Source: Flavobacteriales bacterium
GTDB taxonomy: Bacteria > Bacteroidota > Bacteroidia > Flavobacteriales_G > Salibacteraceae
DNA length: 64,000 nt
Assembly: GCA_018609045.1 (NCBI GenBank)
Contig: JABAYK010000009.1
Location: 57,006 to 121,005, forward strand
Direction: 5' to 3'
Under the pieces are notes generated by a model. That model was not told the DNA's origin, did not search any database, and worked only from the letters and a program-made list of their open reading frames with translations. Positions 10,125 through 17,998 of this stretch are shown here, piece by piece (within the stretch, counting starts at the first letter, position 1; every line of letters starts with the position of its first letter). Made by a program: the position numbers and the translations under genes.

Positions 10125-11122
10125 TGAGAAAGTTAATCCTACTCATATTGGTCCTTGGCGTTTTTGAAGTCTCAGCTCAAATCCTTCCAAATTATGGAGG
10201 ACAACGAGCCGGTTTATCAACTTTAAGTTTCCTAAAAAACGATGTTAGTCCGCGCTCTATGGCTATGTCTGGTGCAAGTGTGGCTTTAAACTTTGATGGC
10301 TACAACTTATTTTCAAATCCTGCCGCAATAACAGGAGCAGATGCTTTGGCTGTTTCTGCTTCAAATTTTGTGGTTGGCGCAGGCGTTCAACAAAGTTTTC
10401 TTTCTGGAGTTTTACCCATTCAAAAATCTCATTTTGGGCTTTCTATTAACTCTTTAAACTCAGGTGCAATGGAAGTTAGAACAGAGTTTCAACCCAATGG
10501 TACTGGAGAATTATTTTATGTTTCTAATTTGGCTACTGGACTAACCTATTCAAAAAAATTATCAGATATGTTTAGCATGGGGCTTACCATAAAATACATC
10601 TACGAGCAAATTGCCCAATACACTAATCATACTGCAACTGCAGACTTAGGATTTCTTTACAAAACTGATTTTAAAGATTTAAGATTTGCCGTTTTGGTGC
10701 AAAATTTTGGCGGCAACTCTTCTCTTTCAGGAGATTTTTTAGCAGTAGATTTTAACAGAGATTCTTCATCATTAGATTTAAACTCATATACAGTTCCTAC
10801 AGTATTTAAAATGGGGTTTTCAATGGTGCCATACAAAACAAAAACACAGTCGCTTTTAATTTCTGCCGAATTAAATCATCCTAACGACAATGCCGAAAAT
10901 TTTAGAGTTGGAGCAGAATATAATTACAGAGACTTGCTTTACGGAAGAATGGGGTATAAGTTTAGTGTTGAAGGTCAATCGTTTCCAAGCTTTGGAATCG
11001 GTTTAAGAAGTCAAATTGGGGCCCATCCTTTAAGAATAGATTATGCCATAAACCCAACAGACTTTTTTGGCATGCAACATTGCTTTGGATTGTATTTTCA
11101 ATTTAATAAAATGGAAAGATGA
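10124..11122 (+). CDS. PorV/PorQ-family-like outer-membrane beta-barrel protein
   Basis: 332 aa with a signal peptide. The N-terminal motif GLSTLSFLKNDVSPRSMAMSGASVAL...FSNPAAI resembles the PorV/PorQ family signature (recollection). Alternating beta-strand pattern. TAATG overlap with the upstream stop. Confidence 0.55.
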   Translation: MRKLILLILVLGVFEVSAQILPNYGGQRAGLSTLSFLKNDVSPRSMAMSGASVALNFDGYNLFSNPAAITGADALAVSASNFVVGAGVQQSFLSGVLPIQKSHFGLSINSLNSGAMEVRTEFQPNGTGELFYVSNLATGLTYSKKLSDMFSMGLTIKYIYEQIAQYTNHTATADLGFLYKTDFKDLRFAVLVQNFGGNSSLSGDFLAVDFNRDSSSLDLNSYTVPTVFKMGFSMVPYKTKTQSLLISAELNHPNDNAENFRVGAEYNYRDLLYGRMGYKFSVEGQSFPSFGIGLRSQIGAHPLRIDYAINPTDFFGMQHCFGLYFQFNKMER

Positions 11123-12351
11123 TGAAGTATACAAACCTAAAATACAATCTATATCCAATAAGGAGATTTAAATCGCTTTTAGGTCTTGTTTTGGCTTTAA
11201 TTTTTTCGATTTCTTTTTCGAGTTGCGAAAAATATTTTGGAAACAAAACTGATTTAGATTTTATTGAAAAGCCCGTTTTTCAAGCAAGAGATGTTGCTTA
11301 TGTTCCTATTCAGCCAATTTTAGATGGATTTGTTTACCCAACAGATGTTTTGGCAGGCTTTGATGAACTAATTTACATTGTTGATAACGGAACAGAAGAA
11401 ATTATCGCGCTAGACCAAGCCTTAACCGAACAAGGAAGATTCTCAGTACCAGGCGTAAAAAAAATAGCTCAAGACAGAAGTTTAGAATTATTGGCAATTG
11501 GCACCACAGATACAGTAGATGGTTTGGGGCAACCTTATACTTTGCAATGTATTTACCGAATAAATATGCAAAGTGGAAGTTCTTATGGAATAAAAAATGC
11601 AAAAATCATTAACAAAATTATTCACCCGTTTTATTTCAGAAATACAATTTCTAGCAACGATCCAACGGTAGAGTTTAACGATATTGCCATTCTTGCAACC
11701 AACGAATATTATGTTACCAGAAATGGCAACTCATCAAATATTGTTGGGCCCGACCAAGCTGTATTGTTGTTTAGCCCGCAAGATGTTTGGATTACACCCG
11801 TTAGTATTACATCCGGTGGAGCCACTTATAACGACTTTTTTAAAAGACCATTTGCGATTTCTAGCCGTGTTCAACCACCACAAATTTCAGTTGTAAACGA
11901 CAGAACTTTTTTGGTGACTTCAATTGATGAAAACGCAGTTTTGAAAATAAATGGCATACAAGTTCAAGAAGATGAAAACGGTATTGTGTATGTTCCTCAA
12001 GAATCTATTGTTGGAGATTACACCCAAGCTGATGATTTTTTACAAAGACCATTTCGCTTTAAAAAACCCGAAGGATTAACAATTACTGGTGATGGAACCA
12101 ATTTTATTTTCATAGTTGATGCCGAAACTGATTCATTACACCAATTTACTTCAAATGGATTAGAAGGAATAAAACCACCTCCTGGTTCAGCTGAAACCAA
12201 GTACATTAAAGCCTCTTTTGGAGGAACAGGCTCTGCTGCCAACCAATTTAACGAGCCAAAGGCAGTTGCCTATTTAAACAAGATTGTTTACGTAGCCGAT
12301 GCAGGAAACGGAAGAGTTTTGAGGTTTAAGCTTACGCTTGATTTTGATTAA
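11119..12351 (+). CDS. NHL-repeat-like beta-propeller lipoprotein
   Basis: 410 aa with a lipobox (FSISFSSC). NHL-like repeat at the C-terminus (NQFNEPKAVAYLNKIVYVADAGNGRVLRF) and similar earlier segments (DELIYIVDNGTEEI, FIFIVDAETDSLHQF). ATGA overlap with the upstream gene. Confidence 0.6.
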   Translation: MMKYTNLKYNLYPIRRFKSLLGLVLALIFSISFSSCEKYFGNKTDLDFIEKPVFQARDVAYVPIQPILDGFVYPTDVLAGFDELIYIVDNGTEEIIALDQALTEQGRFSVPGVKKIAQDRSLELLAIGTTDTVDGLGQPYTLQCIYRINMQSGSSYGIKNAKIINKIIHPFYFRNTISSNDPTVEFNDIAILATNEYYVTRNGNSSNIVGPDQAVLLFSPQDVWITPVSITSGGATYNDFFKRPFAISSRVQPPQISVVNDRTFLVTSIDENAVLKINGIQVQEDENGIVYVPQESIVGDYTQADDFLQRPFRFKKPEGLTITGDGTNFIFIVDAETDSLHQFTSNGLEGIKPPPGSAETKYIKASFGGTGSAANQFNEPKAVAYLNKIVYVADAGNGRVLRFKLTLDFD

Positions 12352-13109
12352 ACTTCTAAAAATTCAAGACTATATTTCACGAAATCTTCCAAATTTTCGG
12401 CATGTACCCAATGCCCTGCATTTGAAAGCTCTAGAACTTTTGCTTGTGGAAAATATTCATTAATTAATTCAAAATCTTCATCTTGAATATAATGAGACTT
12501 TTCGCCTTTTAAAAACAAAGTTGGTTGATCGTAAACGGAATCTGTTGTAGCTGCACCAATAATTTCAATGTTTCTTTTAATTACCGGTAGGTTAAATCTC
12601 CAAGCCAATTCTCCCTTATTTTTCCAATATAAATTTTTGAGAAGAAAGTGAACAACACTTTTTACTTTGAGCTTATCCATTAAATGGTCTTCTACTTTGC
12701 CTCTAGATTTTAACTCATTAAAATCGACACTTACCAAAGCTTCCAAAATTTCATGATGATGCACAGGATAAGATTTTGGGGCAATATCAGCTACAATTAA
12801 TTTATCAACCAATTGAGGATTGTTTTGTGCAAATTTCATGGCAGTTTTACCCCCCATTGAGTGACCAATAATATTTACATCATGCAAATGATGGGTGTAG
12901 ATAAATTCAAATAAATCATCAGCCAAAACTTGATAGTTAAACTCTTCAGATTGAGGAGATCGACCATGATTTCGCTGATCAACAAGATATACCTCAAAGT
13001 GTGGAGCAAAGTATTTAGCCGGGGTTTGCCAATTGTCAAGCATCCCCATTAAGCCATGTAAAATTATTAAGGGCTGGCCGCTACCTATTTTTTTATAATT
13101 TAATTCCAT
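12348..13109 (-). CDS. alpha/beta-fold hydrolase (esterase, YbfF-like)
   Basis: 253 aa. Contains HGLMG, nucleophile elbow GHSMGG, and a C-terminal GHWVH catalytic-His region. Confidence 0.8.
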   Translation of the reverse strand: MELNYKKIGSGQPLIILHGLMGMLDNWQTPAKYFAPHFEVYLVDQRNHGRSPQSEEFNYQVLADDLFEFIYTHHLHDVNIIGHSMGGKTAMKFAQNNPQLVDKLIVADIAPKSYPVHHHEILEALVSVDFNELKSRGKVEDHLMDKLKVKSVVHFLLKNLYWKNKGELAWRFNLPVIKRNIEIIGAATTDSVYDQPTLFLKGEKSHYIQDEDFELINEYFPQAKVLELSNAGHWVHAENLEDFVKYSLEFLEV

Positions 13110-13825
13110 GTTTCAACCCTTAGTTGAGCCTTGTACATATTTATTGTGTTTTCTAAACCAAAATAAAGAGCATCAGCAATTAAAGCATGTCCAATGGAAA
13201 CCTCATTTAAATGAGGAACGTTTTGCGCGAAATATTTTAAGTTTTCTAAACTTAAATCGTGTCCTGCATTAATACCTAAGCCTAATTTACTAGCATGTTC
13301 TGCAGCAATTGAAAAAGGTTTTACAGCAACTTCTTTTATATGGTAATTTGCAGCAAAAGGTTCTGTATAAAGTTCAATTCTATCAGTTCCAGTTTTTGAT
13401 GCCAAATCGATTAAGTTCAATTTAGTTTCCATGAAAATGGAGGTTCTTATTCCATTTTCTTTCAATTCGCTAATAACTTCCTGCAAAAAATCAAAATTAT
13501 TTTTGGTGTCCCAACCTGCATTTGAAGTTAAAGCATCTGGAGGATCAGGAACTAGAGTAACTTGATGCGGCTTTACTGCTAAAACCAAATCCATAAAAGC
13601 TTTATTAGGGTATCCTTCAATATTAAACTCTGTTGAAACAACCTTTTTTAAATCAAAAACATCTGCATATTTTATATGTCTTTCATCTGGTCTAGGATGA
13701 ACCGTAATACCTTCGGCTCCAAAATTTTCGGCATCTTGGGCAACTTTTACCACATTTGGAACGTTGCCCCCTCTTGCATTTCGAAGTGTTGCTATCTTGT
13801 TAATATTAACGCTTAACCTTGTCAT
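13100..13825 (-). CDS. pdxJ: pyridoxine 5'-phosphate synthase
   Basis: 241 aa. Typical PdxJ N-terminus [17 protein letters not shown] and [12 protein letters not shown], plus EVSIGHALI near the C-terminus. Confidence 0.9.
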   Translation of the reverse strand: MTRLSVNINKIATLRNARGGNVPNVVKVAQDAENFGAEGITVHPRPDERHIKYADVFDLKKVVSTEFNIEGYPNKAFMDLVLAVKPHQVTLVPDPPDALTSNAGWDTKNNFDFLQEVISELKENGIRTSIFMETKLNLIDLASKTGTDRIELYTEPFAANYHIKEVAVKPFSIAAEHASKLGLGINAGHDLSLENLKYFAQNVPHLNEVSIGHALIADALYFGLENTINMYKAQLRVETWN

Positions 13826-13867
13826 TTACATTGATAATTGACGAGCGAAATTAGCTGTTTATTTGTT

Positions 13868-13875
13868 TACATTTG
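13868..13875 (+). promoter_or_regulatory. candidate -7 box TACATTTG (TAnnTTTG)
   Basis: Exact consensus match 9 nt upstream of the ATG at 13884, in the divergent pdxJ/CBS intergenic region. Confidence 0.35.
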
Positions 13876-13883
13876 ACTATTAA

Positions 13884-14546
13884 ATGCTAGCTGAAGAACT
13901 ACTTATAGACGAAATACCCATCTTAAACTTAGATGACTCTGTTGGTCAGGCACTTGAGTGGATGGACGAATTCAAAGTATCTCATTTACCCGTAACCAAT
14001 AACAAACAGTTTTTTGGATTGGTAAGTGAAGAAGAACTGCTTAATGCAGAATCATCAAAAGAACCATTGCTTTCTTTGCAGAGCACTTTTGTTATGGCTT
14101 TTGTATTTAGTCAGCAACATGTTTTTGAAGCCTTAAAAAGAATTTCAGAAAATAAGCTTTCAGTAATTCCAATATTAGATGCAAAAAACCAGTATTTGGG
14201 AGCTGTATCTACTAATTTTTTGATGGAGGTTATTTCTGACATGCCCGTGGTTAAGCAACCAGGTGGAATTATCGTTTTAGAAATGAGTTTAAATGACTAT
14301 TCTCTTTTTGAAATCGCAAGAATTGTAGAAGAAAATGGTGCCAAAATTTTAGGCTCTTTTATTACGAGGTTCCCTGAATCTACTAAAATGGAACTTACTT
14401 TAAAAATTAATCGAGAAGATATTACCCAAATTTTAAATTCTTTAGAAAGATTCGATTATAACATTACTGCGTCATACAACAAAGGGTTGCGAGGCGAGGA
14501 TTTGGTAGATAGATATAACCAACTTATCAAATACATGAATATTTAA
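13884..14546 (+). CDS. CBS domain-containing protein
   Basis: 220 aa. Two CBS-like modules (VSHLPVTNNKQFFGLVSEEEL; LSVIPILDAKNQYLGAVS). Conserved position between pdxJ and nadK in Flavobacteriia (recollection). Confidence 0.75.
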   Translation: MLAEELLIDEIPILNLDDSVGQALEWMDEFKVSHLPVTNNKQFFGLVSEEELLNAESSKEPLLSLQSTFVMAFVFSQQHVFEALKRISENKLSVIPILDAKNQYLGAVSTNFLMEVISDMPVVKQPGGIIVLEMSLNDYSLFEIARIVEENGAKILGSFITRFPESTKMELTLKINREDITQILNSLERFDYNITASYNKGLRGEDLVDRYNQLIKYMNI

Positions 14547-14547
14547 G

Positions 14548-15435
14548 ATGGTAAAAAACATTGCCATATTCGGTAGAGTTTTCGAAGAAGTTTACAATTC
14601 TAAAATTGAATTCTTATTGCATGATTTGGTAAAAAATGGATTTACACTTCACATTTTTGAGCCCTTTCATGATTTCTTAGCTCCAAGAATTGCCTTAAAT
14701 ACCAAGGTAGAAATTTTTGATAGAGCAAGCTGGAATCCGAAAAATATAGACTTTATGGTGTGTATTGGAGGAGATGGTACCTTTTTAGATTCTACAACTT
14801 TTATAAAAGATTCGCACATTCCAATCATTGGAATTAATACAGGAAGATTAGGTTTTTTATCTGGTGCTTCTATTAAAGAGCTAGATAAAGTTGCTACATC
14901 CATTGCCAGCGATGATTTTGAAATTTACAAAAGAGCTACCTTAAAAGTTGAATCAAACATTCCCTTATTCAATGGAAATAACTTTGCATTAAATGAACTA
15001 ACTATTCATAAAAATGACACTTCATCTATGATAAAAATTCATACTTATTTAGATGATAATTTTTTAAACAGTTATTGGTCTGATGGTTTAATTATTTCAA
15101 CCCCAACAGGATCTACAGCATACTCTCTTAGCTGCGGAGGACCAATAATTTTTCCTGGTTCAAATAACTTTGTTATAACGCCTGTTGCTCCACACAATTT
15201 GAACATGCGACCTATTGTTATACCAGACGATAAAAGAATAAAACTAAAAATAGAAGGAAGAAGTAAATACTTTATGGTAGCATTAGATTCTAGATCAGAA
15301 ACTATCGACTCAACGATAGAATTGACCGTTTCAAAGAATAGTTTCTATATAAACTTGGTAAGATTAAAGAGTCACTCTTACCTTAGCACCATTCGCACCA
15401 AATTAAATTGGGGTTTAGATAAAAGAAATATTTAA
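14548..15435 (+). CDS. nadK: NAD(+) kinase
   Basis: 295 aa. GGDGT motif (VCIGGDGTFL), NELTI, and the TPTGSTAYSLSCGGPI motif. Confidence 0.9.
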   Translation: MVKNIAIFGRVFEEVYNSKIEFLLHDLVKNGFTLHIFEPFHDFLAPRIALNTKVEIFDRASWNPKNIDFMVCIGGDGTFLDSTTFIKDSHIPIIGINTGRLGFLSGASIKELDKVATSIASDDFEIYKRATLKVESNIPLFNGNNFALNELTIHKNDTSSMIKIHTYLDDNFLNSYWSDGLIISTPTGSTAYSLSCGGPIIFPGSNNFVITPVAPHNLNMRPIVIPDDKRIKLKIEGRSKYFMVALDSRSETIDSTIELTVSKNSFYINLVRLKSHSYLSTIRTKLNWGLDKRNI

Positions 15436-15454
15436 GTATTTAATGTGCAATTTT

Positions 15455-15462
15455 TATATTTG
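15455..15462 (+). promoter_or_regulatory. candidate -7 box TATATTTG (TAnnTTTG)
   Basis: Exact consensus match 7 nt upstream of the ATG at 15469. It lies inside the GTG-extended track ORF, which argues for the ATG start. Confidence 0.4.
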
Positions 15463-15468
15463 CAGCAA

Positions 15469-16452
15469 ATGACAAAAAACTTTGCTTTCCTTTCTAAAGT
15501 TTTACTAACATTTTCACTCATCATTCTGATTGGGGGAAATGATCTATTCAGTCAAAAGTGGAAGTATTATCGCCATGAATTTTCTACCGAAGTTGGAGGA
15601 ACAAATTTTCTAGGTGAACTCGGAGGATCGGACCAATATAACCCAAAATTTTATCATTCAGATTTTGATTTTCGGGCAACTAGACCATCATTTGGGCTTG
15701 GATACGGTTATAAAATTCATGAAAAAATGAATTTAAGAGTAAATTTACTTCTTGCTAGGGTTGCGGGGAGTGATGAGTACACCGATAACATTTACAGAGA
15801 AGTTAGAAATCTTTCATTTAGATCCTCTATTTATGAAGCTTCGGTTCAATACGAGTATTATTGGCTAAAAGAAAAAACCGGAGCATCTTACAAACTAAAA
15901 GGAATTAAAAGCTCATTACTTTCGAATATTTCTGGTTACTTTTTTGCCGGTGGAGGTGGAATTTATTTCAATCCCCAAGCAGACTATAATGGGAAATGGG
16001 TTGATTTACCCCCTTTGAACACCGAAGGTCAAGGTCTTTTAGATAATAACGGGAATATTATTCCTGATTATGAGCAGTTTACTGCTATTATTTTAGCAGG
16101 GGCAGGATTTAAATTGTTTTTGAATAAACAAATGAGTATTTCTGTTGAATATGCTGGCAGATATACATTTACAGATTATATTGATGATGTTAGCACCAAT
16201 TATTATGATAATACTGCACTAAGAGCTGCATATGGAGATGCTCCTGCAGACTTAGCGGATAGAAACATTTTGATAAGCCAACCCGATTACGATGGTTCTT
16301 CAATTGAAGGAAACACACTTGTACCAAACCTCAGTTGGACGGGAAAAGATCAACAAAGAGGCTCCCCACTTTCAAAAGATTACTATATGTATGGAACAGT
16401 TGGGTTTCACTACAAATTCTTAAAAGGTAGAAGTATTAAACCTCGCTTTTAA
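15469..16452 (+). CDS. DUF6089-like outer-membrane beta-barrel protein
   Basis: The track ORF 15445..16452 uses GTG. ATG 15469 gives MTKNFAFLSKVLLTFSLIILI, a signal-like N-terminus. Shares the FTDYIDDVST motif with its downstream paralog. Conserved upstream of uppS/bamA in Flavobacteriia (recollection). Confidence 0.65.
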   Translation: MTKNFAFLSKVLLTFSLIILIGGNDLFSQKWKYYRHEFSTEVGGTNFLGELGGSDQYNPKFYHSDFDFRATRPSFGLGYGYKIHEKMNLRVNLLLARVAGSDEYTDNIYREVRNLSFRSSIYEASVQYEYYWLKEKTGASYKLKGIKSSLLSNISGYFFAGGGGIYFNPQADYNGKWVDLPPLNTEGQGLLDNNGNIIPDYEQFTAIILAGAGFKLFLNKQMSISVEYAGRYTFTDYIDDVSTNYYDNTALRAAYGDAPADLADRNILISQPDYDGSSIEGNTLVPNLSWTGKDQQRGSPLSKDYYMYGTVGFHYKFLKGRSIKPRF

Positions 16453-16470
16453 TCGTTTCCTAAAACGATA

Positions 16471-17280
16471 ATGAAAAAATATTTTTCTTTCTTACTTTTT
16501 GCTGTTGTATTTGGGCTTGCCTTAAAATCCCAACCAAATATGGAAATTGGTGTTTCTGGTGGAGCAATGTATTACATTGGGGACTTAAACCCAACTCAAC
16601 ATCTTAATCCTGAATTGATGCAATTTGCCTATGGAATTTTTCATAGAGGAAACTTTAACGGAAGATTTGGGGTAAAAACCCAATTGGCAATTGGAAAGGT
16701 AAAAGGAGACGATGCTTTATCAACCGATTTAATACAAGCCCAAAGAAATCTTTCATTTTCAACAGATATTTATGAATTAACCTCTGTAGTTGAATTCAAT
16801 TTTTTCAGTTATAGCAACTTCAATCAAAAAGAAAAAGTTTCACCTTATTTGTATGGTGGTTTAGGTTTCTTTTTGATGAATCCTCAAACCGAATACTTAA
16901 ATAATTTGTATGATTTAAGGGCGTATAACACCGAAGGCCAAGTAGAATCTTACAAATCTTTCCAAGCCTCTTTTCCATTTGGAGCGGGCGTTAAATTTAA
17001 ACCTGTAGACAGATTAAGTTTGCATTTTGACTGGGGAATGAGAAAAACCTTTACCGACTATTTAGATGATGTAAGTACATTATACCCTAACCCCAACAGT
17101 ATTTCTAGCCTTACAGCTACGCTTTCAAATCAATCTACAAACCAACTTTCTGCACTCAATAATAATTGGTTAACCCAAAGAGGTAATTCTAAAACCAACG
17201 ATTGGTATAGTTTCATCAATATTGGCTTATCATTTAGGCTAACAAACGACCCTTCAAACTGTCACTTTAACCCCTTTTAA
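16471..17280 (+). CDS. DUF6089-like outer-membrane beta-barrel protein (paralog)
   Basis: 269 aa with a signal peptide. Shares FTDYLDDVST, NTEGQ and RNLSF motifs with 15469..16452. Confidence 0.65.
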   Translation: MKKYFSFLLFAVVFGLALKSQPNMEIGVSGGAMYYIGDLNPTQHLNPELMQFAYGIFHRGNFNGRFGVKTQLAIGKVKGDDALSTDLIQAQRNLSFSTDIYELTSVVEFNFFSYSNFNQKEKVSPYLYGGLGFFLMNPQTEYLNNLYDLRAYNTEGQVESYKSFQASFPFGAGVKFKPVDRLSLHFDWGMRKTFTDYLDDVSTLYPNPNSISSLTATLSNQSTNQLSALNNNWLTQRGNSKTNDWYSFINIGLSFRLTNDPSNCHFNPF

Positions 17281-17284
17281 TTTC

Positions 17285-17292
17285 TATCTTTG
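17285..17292 (+). promoter_or_regulatory. candidate -7 box TATCTTTG (TAnnTTTG)
   Basis: Exact consensus match 25 nt upstream of the TTG start of uppS. Confidence 0.4.
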
Positions 17293-17316
17293 CAAATTGT
17301 TTAAAAAAAACAATAC

Positions 17317-17998
17317 TTGAGCAGCAAGCAAGAAATATTAAAATCTAAAATTGACCCTAAAAAAGTGCCCAATCACATTGCCATAATTATGGATGGAAAT
17401 GGTAGATGGGCAAAAAGCCAAGGGAAAGATAGAATTTTTGGTCATCAAAATGCAATTAATGCTGTCACCGAGTCTGTTGAAGGTTGTGCTGAAATTGGAG
17501 TTAAATTTTTAACCCTTTATGCTTTTTCTACAGAAAATTGGAACAGACCAAAACCAGAAGTTACTGCCTTGATGGAATTGTTAATTTCTACAATTCATCA
17601 AGAAATTGAAACACTAAATAAAAACAACATACGTTTACAAGCTATCGGAGATTTAAAAAGCATTAAGTTATAGCGCTAAGTGGGAGATTTTAGAAGCCAT
17701 AAAAAACATAATGGTTGATGGCAAAAACAACCAAGTAAAACCCGAAGATGTAAATGAGGATTTATTTAGAAACTATTTATCTACAAAGAATATTCCTGAC
17801 CCTGAATTAATGATTAGAACTTCAGGAGAATACAGAATTAGTAACTTTTTACTTTGGCAACTTGCTTATGCCGAATTAAAGTTTTTAGAAAAATTTTGGC
17901 CCGATTTCAATAGAGAAGATTTATTTAATGCAGTGATTGAGTTTCAAGGCCGCGAAAGAAGGTTCGGAAAAATTAGCGAACAATTAACCCAACAATGA
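17317..17998 (+). pseudogene. uppS: undecaprenyl-diphosphate synthase (UppS) disrupted by internal deletion plus frameshift
   Basis: The N-terminal part (17317..17673) carries [13 protein letters not shown] and [14 protein letters not shown]. The C-terminal part, in another frame and open from 17657 (track 17711..17998), carries LSYSAKWEI...IRTSGEYRISNFLLWQLAYAEL...RERRFG. Frames differ by +1. About 25 aa normally found between IGDL.. and ..LSYG appear to be missing. Confidence 0.75.
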
